A DNA stretch of 64,000 bases from the human T2T-CHM13v2.0 reference genome, Homo sapiens. A program made the position numbers and the translations under genes. Under the pieces are notes generated by a model, which did no database searches, was not told where the DNA came from, and was given only the letters and a program-made list of their open reading frames with translations. The DNA is taken from NCBI RefSeq assembly GCF_009914755.1, contig NC_060937.1. One strand, written 5' to 3'. Positions 29,830 to 45,192 of this stretch are shown here, piece after piece (position 1 is the first letter of the stretch; each line of letters begins with the position of its first letter).

Positions 29830-31900
29830 TAGAAGTTGACATTATGAGGAAAAAATTCTGACAAAACTTTAGTTATTGGTTTTATTGTGGAAAAAATAGC
29901 CTGAACAATTTTCCTGCTGAAAACAACTAAAAGTTTGGCTAAAAAACATTTTAAGTTATTTAAATACATTGCTAAGCTAGACAGAAATTAAGGAATCTGC
30001 AGAGGTCAAAAGAGAAACTAAAGCAGGACCCTGTGAGGTGAGTAAGCATGGAAACAGTCTCCACTCTCAGGGTGTTGCCAACACACCTGCTCTTTATGGT
30101 GGTTGCGCAGGGAGAAGGGGACACAATGAAGCAAAGGCCTGGCCCTTTATTGTTGGGGCGAATGAGAAACACGCTGTGTTGGATAGAAGGGGAAAGCTAG
30201 GAAAAGTGTCTAGGACCGCTGTGGCACTGAGCAGACAGAGGGGAAAACTCCCCTGAGGATGTGCCAGGCCTCATGGGGTCAGAGTTCTCATTATCTGGTG
30301 CAGTTAGTCCAAGAAACTTCAAGCTAGCAGTGGCCCCAGGCAACCGGCAGAAGCAAGTGCAGATCTTCTCTGAGGACATGCAAATTCAACCCAGGCCTAA
30401 AGAACTCTCAGAAATAATGTGCCAAAGAAAATGAGCATGCAGTCAAAAAGGAAAGAAACAAGGTACCAGATGCAAGAGCCAGCAGATAAAAGCTGGCAAC
30501 ATCTTTAGATACTGGAGTTATCAGACACAAAGTATAAAATAACATATTTAATATGTGTAAGTAAATGTGTGTATGAGAAGCTTAGAAAGATGAGAAAGGA
30601 ACGAGAGACTATCAGAAGCAACCAAGCAGATTTGGAAAAGAAGCAAGCAGAGTTCTAAAATTGAACCATATAATAATTAATATCAAATACTCAGTGGGTG
30701 GGTTAAATGGAAGATTAAACACAGATGGAAAGAAGTTAGCATCCTGAAAGATAGTTTGGAAGACTTTATTCAGGGTACCACATAGAACATCAAATATAAT
30801 TTTTTTTTTTGAGATGGCATCTCATTCTGTTTCCCAGACTGGAGTGCAGTGGCACGACTTTGGCTAACTGCGACCTCCGAATCCCAGGTTCAGGCGATCC
30901 TTCTGCCTCAGCCAACTGGGTAGCTGGGATTATAAGCATGCACCACCACGCCTAGCTAATTTTTGTATTTTTAGTAGAGACGAGATTTCGTCATGTTGCC
31001 CAAGCTGGTCTCAAACTCCTGACCCCAAGTGATCTGCCCGCCTCGGCCTCCCAAAGTGCTGGGATTACAGACGTGAGCCACTACACCTGGCTCACATAGA
31101 AAATTTTAAAGCAGAATTAAGAGACATAGAAGATAGACAAACTCTTTTATGTATCTAATAGAAGTGCCAAAAGATTATAGAACAGAAAAGCAATATTTGA
31201 TGAGATAATAGCCAGAATTTTTCAGAATTATGGAGAGACATCAGAGCTCAAATTCAGGAAATTCAATGAATCTTAGGGAGAATAAATAGAAACAAAACAA
31301 TACCTAGATATGTCATGGTGAAACTGCAGAATCCCAAAGATAATGAAATTTAAAAGCAGTGAGAGAGAAAAGTGAGATTACTTTTAAAGAACAGCAGTTA
31401 GACTGACAACTGATGTCTCAACAGCCATAGTGCAACTCGTGGAATAATATCATCATTGTGCTGAAAGAAAATCTGCAAACATAAAGTCTTTCAAGAATGA
31501 GAGTGAAATAAAGAAAATCTCTCAGTCAAACAAAAACTGACAGAGTTTACCACCAATAGAGTCTTACTAAGGCAAATTTTGAAAGTAGGTGCAAGATGGT
31601 TCCAGAAGGGTTTGGGATGAAGAAAACATTGTCTGTGTAAAACAGCAGTAAGAATGTCAAATATATTAAGCTAAAGATAGATTGAAGTAAAATATCGGAC
31701 AATTTAAGCATATAGTTTTGGAGGGCCTAATTGGTGTTATTTATTTAGAGCTTGCATTATTTAGAAGAAGAGTAATAAAAACAGTTAACTTTAGATTTTT
31801 AAAACTAATCCATCAAAATAGCTAGGGAAACCACTAAAAGAAAAATGCGTAATTTCCAAACTTATAGAGGAAAGTAATGCAGTGAGAATAGTTGGAAGAG
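29830..31900 (+). mobile_element. Ancient L1M 5'UTR/ORF1 remnant
   Basis: ORF1-like cctagatatgtcatggtgaaactgcagaatcccaaaga...aaagcagtgagagagaaaa...gttagactgacaactga...acagagtttaccaccaataga. Confidence 0.7.
30800..31092 (-). mobile_element. Alu (old S/J)
   Basis: Reverse dimer with T tail. Confidence 0.9.
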
Positions 31901-32949
31901 AGACTAAAACACATTGTTTGAGAGTATATATATAGACACACACACACACACATACATATGTATACATACAAAAAAATATATATATATATGGAAATATCAC
32001 AAAAGTAGGAGACAGCGAACACAAAATTGAGAAAGTCTGTAGAGGCTGAACACAAACCGTGGCACTCTACATGGTCTCCCTTAGTCTGGGGTCAGTGAAG
32101 TTGGCCACAGGATGGACTCAAGGATGCCTCTAAATGCCAAGAATGGAGTGCACAGAGGGAACCTGAGAACCGGTTCTCAGCAGCACCTTTGGTAGCTGAT
32201 GGGTCTATGGTGAAGATGGAGAAAAACACGGATTAAGATCCCACAGCCCCTTCCTGATTTCTCTGGCATGATTTCAGCTTGGGAGAATTGTGCGATCCCA
32301 TGAAGGAGAGGACGGGGTCCCAGATGTGATGAGGGGGATTTTCCACTGGCCAGTGAGGTGACAGCTGAGGTCACAACATCTGACTTACATGAATAAAGGA
32401 ATCAGATATTTCATTGTCTGAGAAAAGAACAAAACAAAACACCTCACTCCCAAAATGTTAGTGGTGATGATCTTTGGTGGAATTTCAGGTGACTTTTAGT
32501 TTCTTTATATTTTCATTTATAATTTTAACATAAAATACCCCAGAAATGTATAAAACTAAACTCATCTGATTGCAGGATGTAACAAGGGGAATTTTCTATG
32601 TCTTGAAAAGACCAGTGTTTGAAATTCCCTAGAAGGTGCCCTGAAAACATTATTTTGGTTGTAGTTTTTAATGTTCTAATTGAATTTCCTAAGGTGGGCT
32701 GTGCTTTAGAAACTGTAAAGCCCCATATCTGCTCTCATTGTTATTATCTTTTCCCACATGAAAGTTAGTATTTTGGCAATCATTCTCCCCTCAAGAGATC
32801 ATTTTATCAAAATGAAAATCTGTAACTCATGCTGTCGCATAAGACTAAGTCACCTTCTAACAGAGGATTTCCACATTGTGGGACTTCTATAATTATTAAT
32901 ATGTGTAAATAATATCTTTAAAAGCAGAAAATCAGATCAGAGAAAAGGC

Positions 32950-33370
32950 TGTGGTGGAGACTGTTGTTTTGCCCACTGGTGTCCCCTCCTTTGGGCACAC
33001 AGCTAGATTACCATTCTCAGCCTTCCCTACCATGAGGTGACTAAGTTCTCTTCAATGGAATGTGAGCACAAGTGCTGTCTGCTACTCCCAGGCATGGCAT
33101 CAAAAACTCCCACATCCCCTCCTCCACGCTCTTTTTTCCTTCAGGCTGCCTACCCCTCACCTAACTCACCTCCCCACCTACGGCTGAAATGGCAAAGCTA
33201 GCATCAGCCTGGGGCTCTGAATGACTGTGTGGAACATGCTAGTCCCACCCCCGCTCCCAACTCAATCCCACCTCAAACCTCTCTAGACCACGTGTGCTCA
33301 GGAGATTAGCTGCTGTCAGGCCTTGAGTCTTCCGGTCTACTTGTTTCCACCATCTTGCCTACCCTAAAGA
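32950..33370 (+). mobile_element. MLT1I/J-like LTR
   Basis: acagctagattaccattctcagcc...gtgactaagttc...caatggaatgtgagc core. Confidence 0.6.
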
Positions 33371-33779
33371 AAACAGTGGCACATTCTCAAGAGTGGCTCA
33401 TAAATGGCTTGAGAATGAAATTTTTATCTCTAATGACTTTATTTGTAATAGTCCTCTTCAGAGGAATCCTCAAACACTGTGTGGTGTTTCACCCATGAAT
33501 GTCAGATTTACCTCATTAGTTAATTCGATCTCCTGGGTGCAAAACCGTTCATCTTTTCACTCAGTGTGAAACAGAGGCACACTCTGTGGGGTACATCTCA
33601 GGTGCCAAAAGTTACACAGAGCAGTATTTTCCACTACATCCATTCAGTTGGTTACAATTACGGGTGGGAACGTGATGTGGAAGCTGAAACTGCAGTTTTG
33701 AAAGTGGAAAAATAGCAGAAGTCTCCTATTTAGAGAAAAACCAAAGGTTTAAAGTGACAGTTATAACTAAAACTCAATA

Positions 33780-34074
33780 CAGTAGTCCTCTCTATCCTGT
33801 TTCCTTTCTACTGTTCAGCTACCTGCAGTACAGCACAATAAGATATTTTGAGAGAAAGACCACATTCACATAATTTTATTACAGTTTGTTATATTCATTC
33901 TATTTTCTTAGTTATTGCTGTTACTCTTTTACTGTGCCTAATTTATAAACTAAACTTTATCACAGATGTGTATGTATAGGAAAAACATTTTATATATAGG
34001 GTTTGGAACCATCCTTGGTCTCAGGCATCCACTGGAGGTCTTGGAACGTATGCCTGCGGATAAGGGGGCTCCTG
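33780..34074 (+). mobile_element. MER44 (Tigger7-derived) DNA transposon
   Basis: TA|cagtagtcc...acaataagatattttgagagaaagaccacattcacataa...gcggataagggggctcctg|TA. Confidence 0.8.
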
Positions 34075-36993
34075 TAACATGTGCTGTTCTGGAAGAGGCT
34101 GCAGACATTTCAGGAGAATTGTCTCCTCCAGAACGAGCCTGCTGTTTTGACTATTCTTCGTGAGCCTATCTCAGATGGCACTCAAATTTAGTGGAGCCAT
34201 TTACACATATCCCACAAATCTGACTCCAGAAGCCTTGAGAAATTATATGAATATTGACTAAAGGTTTCTGCAAGGAGTGCTGCAAGGCTTTATACACAGG
34301 ACACACAGAAAAATGTTTTAAAATTCCTCTTCACCCATCCATCTCTACCAATTCCCTACAGTGGTTGCTCAAACATCTCTCCCCGTGGCGATCTCTTTAC
34401 GTTTTCCTCCTCTTTTGCTAGCTCCTCTCTGTTCTTTTTAAGGCAAATCCTGCTACAGTTCCTTCAGATACTTCATGCCTCACTCAATACACTGAGCTAC
34501 AAGGAAAGGTCCAGGGAAAGGAACAGAGGTTGGAAAAAGTTGTGAATTCCTAAGTATGAATCTTTTTGTTTCTGTCATAATGGTATTGAAGTTTTATGAG
34601 ATTGTATTAATCATAAGATTCTTTTCTATGCTCTTTCCACTTTTCAAGGAAAAGCTCTTAGTTCCCCCCACAGCACTGTAGCCTTTTACTGAATGAACTG
34701 CGTAAGTCTGCGAAAGGGCAAGTCCCAGAAATTGGGGGTGCAGCTTTGATCTCTACAGATACCAGTTGTAATTCTTGGTTACCAGTTTTGGGGAGCAAAT
34801 GCTTCAGTCCACTGACAAACACTTGAGAAATGACCGAAGAGCCTTTAGGCATGCAAAGATTTACTCTTAAATGTTGTTTGTTTCCATTTTTATCCAGGAT
34901 TCTAATGCTATGGAATTCATAAAAGAGCAGTTCTGGAAGGCTTGCTTGTCCTTCAGATAATCCTGGAGGACAAGTACTTCTTCAGGCTGTTTGCTTGGAG
35001 CTTTCCCCGAAGCAACCAAACTGGAGCACCCGCCCTGCGATGGCCGTAGCTGTGCCCTCAGCCTTGCTTCACGATGAGGAATGATGGTGACTACCTGGCA
35101 CTGCTATTATGTCGTGCCACTGGACAGGGAGGCCTGTGTTGGGAGCTGCCAGGAGCCATTGTGAGCAGGCAAGTTTGAGATATCTGACCACAGTGAGGGC
35201 CCTAAGTTCTCCAAGAGGGTGGCTGAGACTCCTAGTCCTGGATGATCTGCTTCTTGTCTCTTACTGGGCATGAGAACCCTGAACCAGAACAGAGAATTCT
35301 AGGGACACGTGTTTCCTTTGGCCTGAACCCTCTGATAGCCAACACCCACCTGGCACCTCACTCCTGGGGCCTCTGCCGTACACTTCTGAGTACGGGGTCT
35401 CTGACAACTTCACATTACCTACCATCATTTCCTCTGTGACCTTTACAGTTGTCAAATGAGCTTATGGTCTTTTTTTTTTTCCCTCTAGTCCTTTGCCCCT
35501 GGAGTGAAATAAAGCTGCACATTAATCAACTTGGGTCCAGACATTTCGCTGTGAGAGTCTTTTGTAGTTCTTTGCTGTCTAATATAACATGCATTTAGAA
35601 GCATGGCCACCCTGCCCTTTTGGAATACATTGTATTCTGAAAGCCGGCATGACATAAGCTTGTTTAGATGAAAGGGCCAAGCCTGTTTTGGTAGCTTCTG
35701 TTTGTCTTGCTTGATTTTGGTGAGATCATATTAAAGTTTCATGCTTTCTGGGTGTGTAAAATTGATGTAGCATAAATTAGTTGGCTGATCTGTGCATTTT
35801 TCCTCTATTGTTTGAAAATTACTGTCTCCGGGAAGCTCCCTAGTGGATACAACCTTGCCTGCATGGATCTTAGACAAAACACCACTGTTCATAGTTGTCA
35901 TAAAAGTATGTACCTATGGAGGAAGAAAGGGCTCTCTGAAAAATCAGACAAAATGGCTATTTTTACATATTCTTTTTTTTCTTCCCATCATTTCTAAAGA
36001 ATGTACATCCCACGGTGATGTGGATGATCTAATGGCATTTTTTACCAGCAATGTTGAAAATTGGTGTGACAGACTTCATCTCAAACTGTACGGTTACTTT
36101 CTAAAATAACACATGAAAGCATATATTGAAATGTATACTTGAAAAAAATATACTTGTATCAAGTAGGAAGGTGATGTGCTTGCCTTAAATACCAAGATAA
36201 TTTAGTGTAGAGAAATCCTTGGAATAATTAATATAACAGATGTTCACCTTGCAATACCTTAAAAATAGAAATCTTAATGCATTTAAAATTAATTAAAGGT
36301 TGAAGCCTTCTAACTTAATTATACATATTTTTATGAAGATGAAACAGAATTTAAGGAAGTTTGATACCATGAGTAATTATTAGTTGTTTTCATTTTGTAG
36401 TTGGCTTGGTAAAATTTATACAACCCTCTCTCTCAAAAATAAATTCCAATGGCTTTTTTAAAAAGTATGAATTTTTATGCTATAGAAGATGCAATATACT
36501 TAGCTTACCCTCAATCTCAGACCTATTTTGTGCCCCAAATGAAAATTTCATGCTGTTTCCCTCTTACAAACCTTCATACATGTTGTTCCTTCTACCTGGC
36601 ACTGTTCCACTCCTTCCCGCCTGTCTAGTTCTGCCCATCTGCTTAACTTCAACTTAAGTCACTACCCAGGAGGGCTTCCCTGATCCCCCTTTCGGCTCGG
36701 TTAGCCTTCCATTATATTCTCCCCCTAAACCTGTACTTCTTATACCAAGCACAGTTATCCTATGTTTGTCTTCTCTGTTAGATTATGCACCCCTCTAGGG
36801 CAGGGACCATATAGTTAATCCTTGAACAATATGGGTTTGAACTATATGGGTCCGCTTATACACGTAGATTTTCTTCTGCCTTTGCTGCCCCTGAGACAGC
36901 AAGGCCAACCCCTCTTCTTCATCCTCCTCAGCCTAGTCTAGGTGAAGACAATGAAGATGAAGACGTTTATGATGATCCACTTCCATTTAATGA

Positions 36994-37345
<352 letters not shown>

Positions 37346-37403
37346 TCCTTATGATTTTCTTAATAGAGTTTTCTTTTCTCTAGCTTTCTTTAAGAATACA
37401 CTA

Positions 37404-37815
<412 letters not shown>

Positions 37816-38128
37816 TCAAAAATTATCTGTGGATTTTTGACAGTATAGCGGATCAGTGGCCCTAACCCCTGCATTGTTCAAAGGTCAGCTGTATTTGCTT
37901 GTTGCACTTTACATTCCCAATATTTAGCACAGCCCCTGGCGTTACTGAATGAATGGGTCTATGTTAGGGATCGACATCTGAACAGCTTATGACGGACTCT
38001 TGCATCTAATTGCTATTGAATGTACATACATGGGGTTTAACAAAAGGATGAATTTTTAAAGAATAAACCAAGAAAATTCTCTAATGAATCCCTTGGTCTT
38101 CTTTGATTAAACAAATAGTTCATTAGAA

Positions 38129-38152
38129 TTTTTTTTTTTTTTTTTTTTTTTT
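38129..38152 (+). repeat. T24 homopolymer
   Basis: Pure run. Confidence 0.9.
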
Positions 38153-39419
38153 ACAGTTGAAGTAGATTTTATTGAGCTTTATGTCAGATATCATACAGGA
38201 CAATGAATATTCTTGTGCTTAGTAAGCAAATCAGATAATGGGTACGTATGGTGCTAGATCAGTGTGCAAAGGATGTCAGGAACTTTTAACTTTGTTTCAA
38301 TATAATTATAATGAAAATCTAATATAAGGATTAAACTGTGGAAACAAACAGGATGAACAGAAGACTTACGTGTGAATGCTTTAGTAATAAGAGGAGCAAA
38401 TTTGCTTTTTAAGTTGTCTTTAAAGACTCAATTATTTGTTTGTCAGTATTGCTGGTTATGGACTAGAAAAAGCATTATCTATGGGAGGGCCACACCAACT
38501 TTAGTTCATCTACAATAAATCTCTTACCTTCAGTATGAATGGAATATAAATTGCCTGTTATCCAATGTTCAATATGAACGGAACAAAAATTGCCTCTTAT
38601 CCAAATGATGAAATTCAGAAATTTCTCAAAATATGGTATTCCAAAACACACAGCTTACTACTAATCAAAGGTGTGAGAAATACTGTCACGAGTGGATTTG
38701 TCTCCTTAGAACTTCACACATTCAGAATTTTAAAAACCCCACTTGAAAGTACTCTATTTTTTAGATACTATTAAAAGGCCTATCTTAAACAAAGTGATTG
38801 TTTTGGCAAAAAATAAGTCTTGTGAAAGTTACTGTTTATGTATTGTGCTTCTATTTCTCCCTAAATTCAGAAAAAAGGGAAGAAAAGGAAAAAGAAAGCA
38901 AAAAATTATGAGCACTGGTACTTTACAGAGAGGCTAACTGTTTGAGAAGCACTCACCTCCTGTACAAACCAGACTCGCAGAAATCTCAAGAGTCTTCCAA
39001 ACGCAGAGGGTCTGACAAGCTGTTCATCTGTGCAGGAGAAGCACTCCTAGGGAGAGCAGTGCACGGGAAGGCGACCACTGTCAGAGGACCCGAAATTCCT
39101 GTCAACTGCCGGTCATTTGACCAACTCCGGCAGCAAACATCCATGTTTAAACTTACCTTAAGTTTATATATGTGATTACCTCACAACACTATACTAAAAG
39201 AGAAACAGAGATGACAGAAACTCAAATGAGAAATTTCTCCGTTGTCATCTTTGGCACATAGGTTTTCTGAAGATTCGTAGCACTCTGGAACAATGAAGCT
39301 GAGGGGAGAGTCATCCACAAGGGCAGCCGCACAACTGCGTGCAAGGCATGGCAGAGGTAGCGTGTTCGGTGCTAATTGTCAGTGTCGTTCCATGGGGCAG
39401 TTCAGAGCAGTGCAAGGAA

Positions 39420-39680
39420 ACAGTGTGTTCTAAGATCACAGAGTCTAGAGTTTGGGAATGCTGACCTTTTTGCCCTGTTTGTTTCGTACTAGCTGTGTGA
39501 CCATGGGTTACTTAACTTCTTTACACATGAGTTTCTTCATTGTTAAAATGCAGCCCCAATAGCGATTCCTTCCCATAAGGTTGTAATATACATAAAGTAA
39601 GATAATACGCATAGCATGTTTAGAACAGTGCCTGGCGTGTGAGTGCACAAGCCGCATCAGTGAGTGGTTTTATTCCTCAC
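39420..39680 (+). mobile_element. MIR
   Basis: tactagctgtgtgacc...agtttcttcattgttaaaatg...gtttagaacagtgcctggc. Confidence 0.75.
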
Positions 39681-42600
39681 TGCATTTCGGCATGCTGGGG
39701 ATGAGCTGCTTTACTGCTCAGACTGAGCCCCGCGGCAGCCCAGGTCCTCAGCAGGTGTTCTTCCCACGAGGCTTTTTGCCTGTCCAGGCCACTCCTTTCG
39801 AGGGCAGTGCTGATTTATTTCAGTTACAAGACCTGGCGCAGGCACATGAATAAACCAAGACAGTTATTATGTCCCTCAAGGAGATAAGCAAACAGAATAT
39901 GTGATGGCATGAGGAAGGTGATAAGCCTCAAGGCTAGGGTGCCCACTTATGATTCCATAAAATCACAGAACACTGATTCTAAGCAAGATAAAGTTATTCA
40001 GAGCTCATATATGCCAGCCTCCTCCCTGAGTAATAGATTCCTTTATTATCTCCCAACCAAACCGAGACTAGCCTCTGCTTGCTGAGGTAGCTTGGTGAAT
40101 GAGAGAGGCTGAGTGATGAGGGAGGGAGCGGGAAGAGCCAGGAGACAGGTGCTCCAGCTGGGGCAGGCCACTTCCCCCTCAGGAGAAGACCAAGGGGTTC
40201 CAATGAGATGACCTCCAATGTTCCTTCTAAGAACTTTCTCAAATTCTAAGACTCAATGATTCTATAACCTTGGAGGGCAGACTCTGTCATCACTGGGCAG
40301 CTCTACAGTTAAAACGCTTTCCCGTACACGCTATGCTCTATTTTTATCTGTTGGCTGTAGCTCTGGAGACACAGAAAGTCAGTTCATTATCTTCTCCATG
40401 TGAGTTCCTGAAGGAGTTGAAGGCAGCTGTCCTGTCTTCTTTGAGTCCTGCCTCCCTCTGAACTTGTGATGTGTATAGCATACAGCCCTCACTGCCGAGG
40501 ACTCCTGCTTCATGCCCCCCTCAGCAAACTCCTCTCATCTCATGCTTCTTATTCGGCCCTTCTCTTCACTCTCCGTATGTGTGCATGGTCTCTGCCCTCC
40601 CCCACACCCTCCAGTCAGTGCACCTGTCAGCCAGTTGGTGAGTGTGGCTTCTGAAGGCAGTTGCTGTTTAGCATTATGCAGCTTATAGCAAAGGAACCAC
40701 ATGTCCACATCAACACAAACATCAAACCCAAGGTCCAACTCACCCTAGTAGAGCTGACAACACTGTACAGTTCAGGTAAGGTCTCTTGTCTCATTTCTGA
40801 GGTTTAGGAAAGGCCAAAATGCCCATGCAATCCTCCTAGGTGTGTGGGATATAATTCTAGGACTGAATCGATGGTTGCTATTCTGCAAGATACCTGAAGA
40901 TGAAAGGTGGCTGCATTGTTCCTCAGGAATGAACCACTGGTCCCCTTCATCATCTGTTGTCCTACCAGAGGACACGCGCAACAGCTTTTTCTCAAAATGA
41001 GAGGCACATGGTTACTGTGGAGGATGAAAACTGTTGTCTGTTAGCTTGGGTGTCTTTCTATTTCTTGCTGCCTTTTTCTAACTCTCCACTTCTCTACTCA
41101 GAGCAAGCTTTTTGAAAGACCCATCTTGTCTGAACTCCACAAAGAAGAATGGAAGAACTTTTGCCTGTGCTTTGGCCTCAGCATTAAGGGGGAGTAACTT
41201 CCTTTGAAGACCAGGGTGGTGGTAACAAGGATATCCAGACTGAAAGAATGCCAAGAAGGAGGTGAGATTCAGGGCTCAGTTAAATAAGTGAGTATAGTTT
41301 CCCTTAGTTTGTTGCTTCCCAATTCTCCATTAGTAGACTTTTAACCCTTATAGGTCAGATGTAAGTTAAAATGCAAATATTCCCTTGGAAGGGTAACATT
41401 TTGCTGTTACCATTCACCTAAAGAACTGAAAGGAGGCTCAGTTAACAGAGAAAGAGAAGCCGTAAGGGTAGCAAAGGTGTAGCTTCCCAGGAAGATGGGA
41501 GCTGATCAAAATCTAACTTTGCTTTCCTTGTGCTGTATCTGGGCCAGGCCCAGAGAACGGTCACCCTGAGTGACTCTCTGTGAACAGGGCATTTGGTTTC
41601 TGCAGGCTTGCCGTCCCCATGTGCCTCTAACATCCTCATGCTTAATAGCGTCCTTGAAGTGTGCCTGTTCTTCTTACATAAGTGTGCTTCCTTTGGCTAA
41701 TCAGACAGAAGTTGTTAAGCATCTCTGGAGAGTATGAGAAAAGCTATTACAATATCAAAAAAAAAAAAAAACAAACTCCTTTTCCAGGCGGATTCACAAG
41801 GAAGTGCCTGAGAGGCAACTTTCCCCATTGACTGCCAGCATAAAAGAACTAATCATTGAAATGCTGGGTGGTGAATTGGTGGACTTGGTGAATGGATAAT
41901 GTTTCCTCTAAGATCCCGGGCCCCAGAAGTTATTAAAGGATGAGGCTGGACACTTCTTGATGAGGTCCCTTAATCTCTAAGAGACCTTCAGTATTCACTT
42001 CATAACGGGAGACACAACATTTAATCTAATGGAGGCAGTAAATATTTTGCAGAAAACATATGGCATGATTTCCAGAACATTTTAACCAACTGTCTTATAA
42101 AGATTAAAAAAAACAAAACAAACGGGATTTGTTTTCTTCAGGTCAGCAATTCTTTATTTTGGGGAGAGGCTGTGGAAGGAGGAGAGGGTAACGGATACAA
42201 GCTATAACTCAGGAAGGTGATACAAGGAAGGTCGGGCAGGACAGAATGTGTGAGATCATGTTAGAAATATCACCAGATTCCTTAGGGAGTTGTAAAGGTG
42301 CCTTAATTCTTGTCCTTGCCAAACATCCTATAATAGTACGACAAGATTTTATTTATGATCACTGTCAAATTGGACTCTGGGTAGGCCACAGGTGTGGAAT
42401 GTCAGTCATGGCTCTTACAATCATCAGAATGGCTCTCGTTAGGTCATTAAGGAAAGGAAAGGATTCAAGATGAGGCCCTCCAAAGAAATTGTCATTTTCT
42501 TCAGGCTGGAGAGGCATCTGTTTGCTTTTATTAGGCACTAGTTGGTTTTGCATTGAAAGAGCCATGTATTTGTGCCTGAAAGAAGGGAAGGAAAGAAATA

Positions 42601-44776
42601 TCCCATTTTAAAATCAAGCTTCCCTGATGAATTGGGTACTTTACTTATGAAGTCTAAGCTTTTGTTGCCTAATTTTTTAGTCTTTTAATAGAGAATACTT
42701 CACACAGATTAAGCCTTGAAAGGAAATAATTACCAAATATGTAAATAGACATTTCTATACACTAATATCTGCACCTAACTATATTTGCCTTTATGGCTAT
42801 TACGTGTATTAAACTAAATACACATTAAATATTTATAGTCAATCTTCTATTTTTTTGATGCATAAATGAACATTCTCCACCAGAACCAGTCATGTCTGTG
42901 AGAAAGCAGATACTTTAGGTAGAAATCCACTGGAATATACATATCTGAAGACTTAGTCCCACTCTCAAGAAACCAGAACATTTGTTTTAATCTGTTTAAT
43001 CTAATTATTTTATTATAGCTTCCTACAATAGGCCTCATGTTTGACCATCAATCACATGAACTCACATTATACATAAAATATTAAGATTAGATAGATTCTG
43101 ATTGGACATTCATCTTTAAAATAAATGCTAGTAACCCTTAGTTAGAAAATAAGGAGAAAAAATAAATTTTTACTAATGAGGTTACAGTCCAAATATAACA
43201 TGAGATAAAAATGTCAAGATAAAAATGGGAAGTCTTAACCTTTAAATACTGCTAAAAAAAAGTTAAGTAACACAACAGAAACTTACTAAAATACTTTAAA
43301 AAGCTGTTGTAAATGAAAGTGAGTGATTTGTCCTGAAGAGATAATCCAGATAGTTGGTTTCCAATTCTGTCATTAGAATGCTTTTTCAACAATGAGATTT
43401 CAAATAAGAAACCTGTAATAATGTAGATCCATAGGAACACGATGAATGTTGATAATATCAATGTAAGAAGGCAATATCTGGAGCTTTTAAAACATCTTTT
43501 GTCCAATGGTTGGGGTTTCAAAATGGATAGAAGAATAACATCTATCATTTTAGAGGTTTTCTGAAAGAAACCAAGGTTCCTTTTAAGTTCTTGCTTCTTG
43601 GAGATGCCTAAAGGGAGACTATTGTTGAAGTAAAATACAACACTCAAATATAACTAGCTGAATAGGAGACAAAGAGGCCTCTATAGTTGAATCCTAATTA
43701 GAGGACATTTTGTTCTACTTCAAGCCCTATCCTCCATTCTAGCTTTAACCTTCTCCTTAGATCCACTTTAAAAGGCAAAGGTCTGCTTAGGAATAATGAA
43801 CTTTCATGGATCAAGGTTCCGTTATTTTCATTTTATGGAAAGATCTGGATTCAATTCTGAAATGCCATCCGGTCTCTGTGGGTCTTTGGGAACTCCACGT
43901 GTTTTGCTAAACAGTAGCTTTTCGAGCAAAACGGTTGAACAATGTGGCCCTAGGACATATTTTAAGAACACTCATGCCTGGTTACCATTTAAGAATTCAC
44001 CAGACAAAAATGATTACCAGGTCACTGCCAGCTACAATTCTTACATTTCAACATTTTAAATAATTTATATGAAAGGCAAAGAAAATAAATGTCACTTTTT
44101 TGGTTTTCAATCAAACTAGCAGTTCACATATTAGGACCTATTACTTTCCAAAAGTCACACAGTCCCTACAAAAGTTTGCCACACAACTTATCACCAAAAG
44201 TATTTCCAGTCTACATGTGTTTACATATCAAAGAAAGCTTAATTAATCAGAGGAAATCTAGCACAAATGTATGTTATAGCCTAAATAATTTAGTTTCTAG
44301 CTAAATGAAGATCTACTTCAGATTATGATATTTTAAAATAAAAATGAATCACCCAAGAAATAATCACTTTTGGGTAAACTATCATTTTAATGTCATTAAT
44401 CGTTCCTGTTTTTGAGTAAATAGTATATTAACAACTAAAAGAGTTTCGGAGCAACTTGTTGTAAATTGTGTTTTTTAGATTTACCAGAAAATTTTGATAT
44501 GAATTATTGAAATACCCACTTCCGCATATAAAAACTAGGTGTCTTTGATATATTGTTTAAATATGCAAATATGTTAACAATAAAGGAGATACAAGCTCAT
44601 GTAATGAGATTACTTCCATTATTTTTAAGTTACTTTAAATATTTGTTGGGGAAAACTTGTTAGCAGTGGATCATTGCTCTAGGACAACTCAATGACCACC
44701 CAATTGTCTGTGTGTTCCAGCCAAATTCTCTACACTAACATGAGAAAGGGCACAATGATCTTTCTGGGATCAGGGG

Positions 44777-45100
44777 TGTATTAGTCTGTTCTCACTCTGC
44801 TAATAAAGATATAACCAAGACTGGGTAATTTATAAAGGAAAGAGGTTTAATGGACTCACAGTTCCACATGGCCTCACAATCATGGCAGAAGAGCAAGGGA
44901 TGTCTTACATGGTGGCAGGCAAGAGAGAGCTTGTGCAGGGGAACTCCCCTTTATAAACCATCAGATCTCATGAGACTTATTCACTATCATGAGAACAGCA
45001 CAAGAAAGACCTCCCACCAGGTCCCTCCCATGACACATGGGAATTATGGGAGCTACAATTCAAGATGAGATTTGGATGGGGACACTGCCAAACCATATCA
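44777..45100 (-). mobile_element. THE1B/C-like solo LTR, same orientation as DIAPH3
   Basis: tgtattagtc...aaaccatatca. Near-TSD agggg/tgggg. LTR ATTAAA on the minus strand at 44851-44846. Confidence 0.9.
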
Positions 45101-45142
45101 TGGGGTTTGTCACTGGCCTGGATGGAACATCCTTGTCAAGAT

Positions 45143-45143
<1 letters not shown>

Positions 45144-45190
<47 letters not shown>
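45144..45190 (+). repeat. (CA)~23 microsatellite
   Basis: Perfect CA run adjoining the GA-rich tract of the MLT2 LTR. Confidence 0.95.

Positions 45191-45192
<2 letters not shown>

Noticed and set aside
38129-38245. Plus-strand T24-ACAG as an acceptor of an antisense exon
   Set aside because: No convincing matching donor. The T-run alone explains the pattern.
43252-43647. 131-aa hydrophobic minus-strand ORF
   Set aside because: Non-ATG start, AT-rich codon artefact, and no family resemblance.
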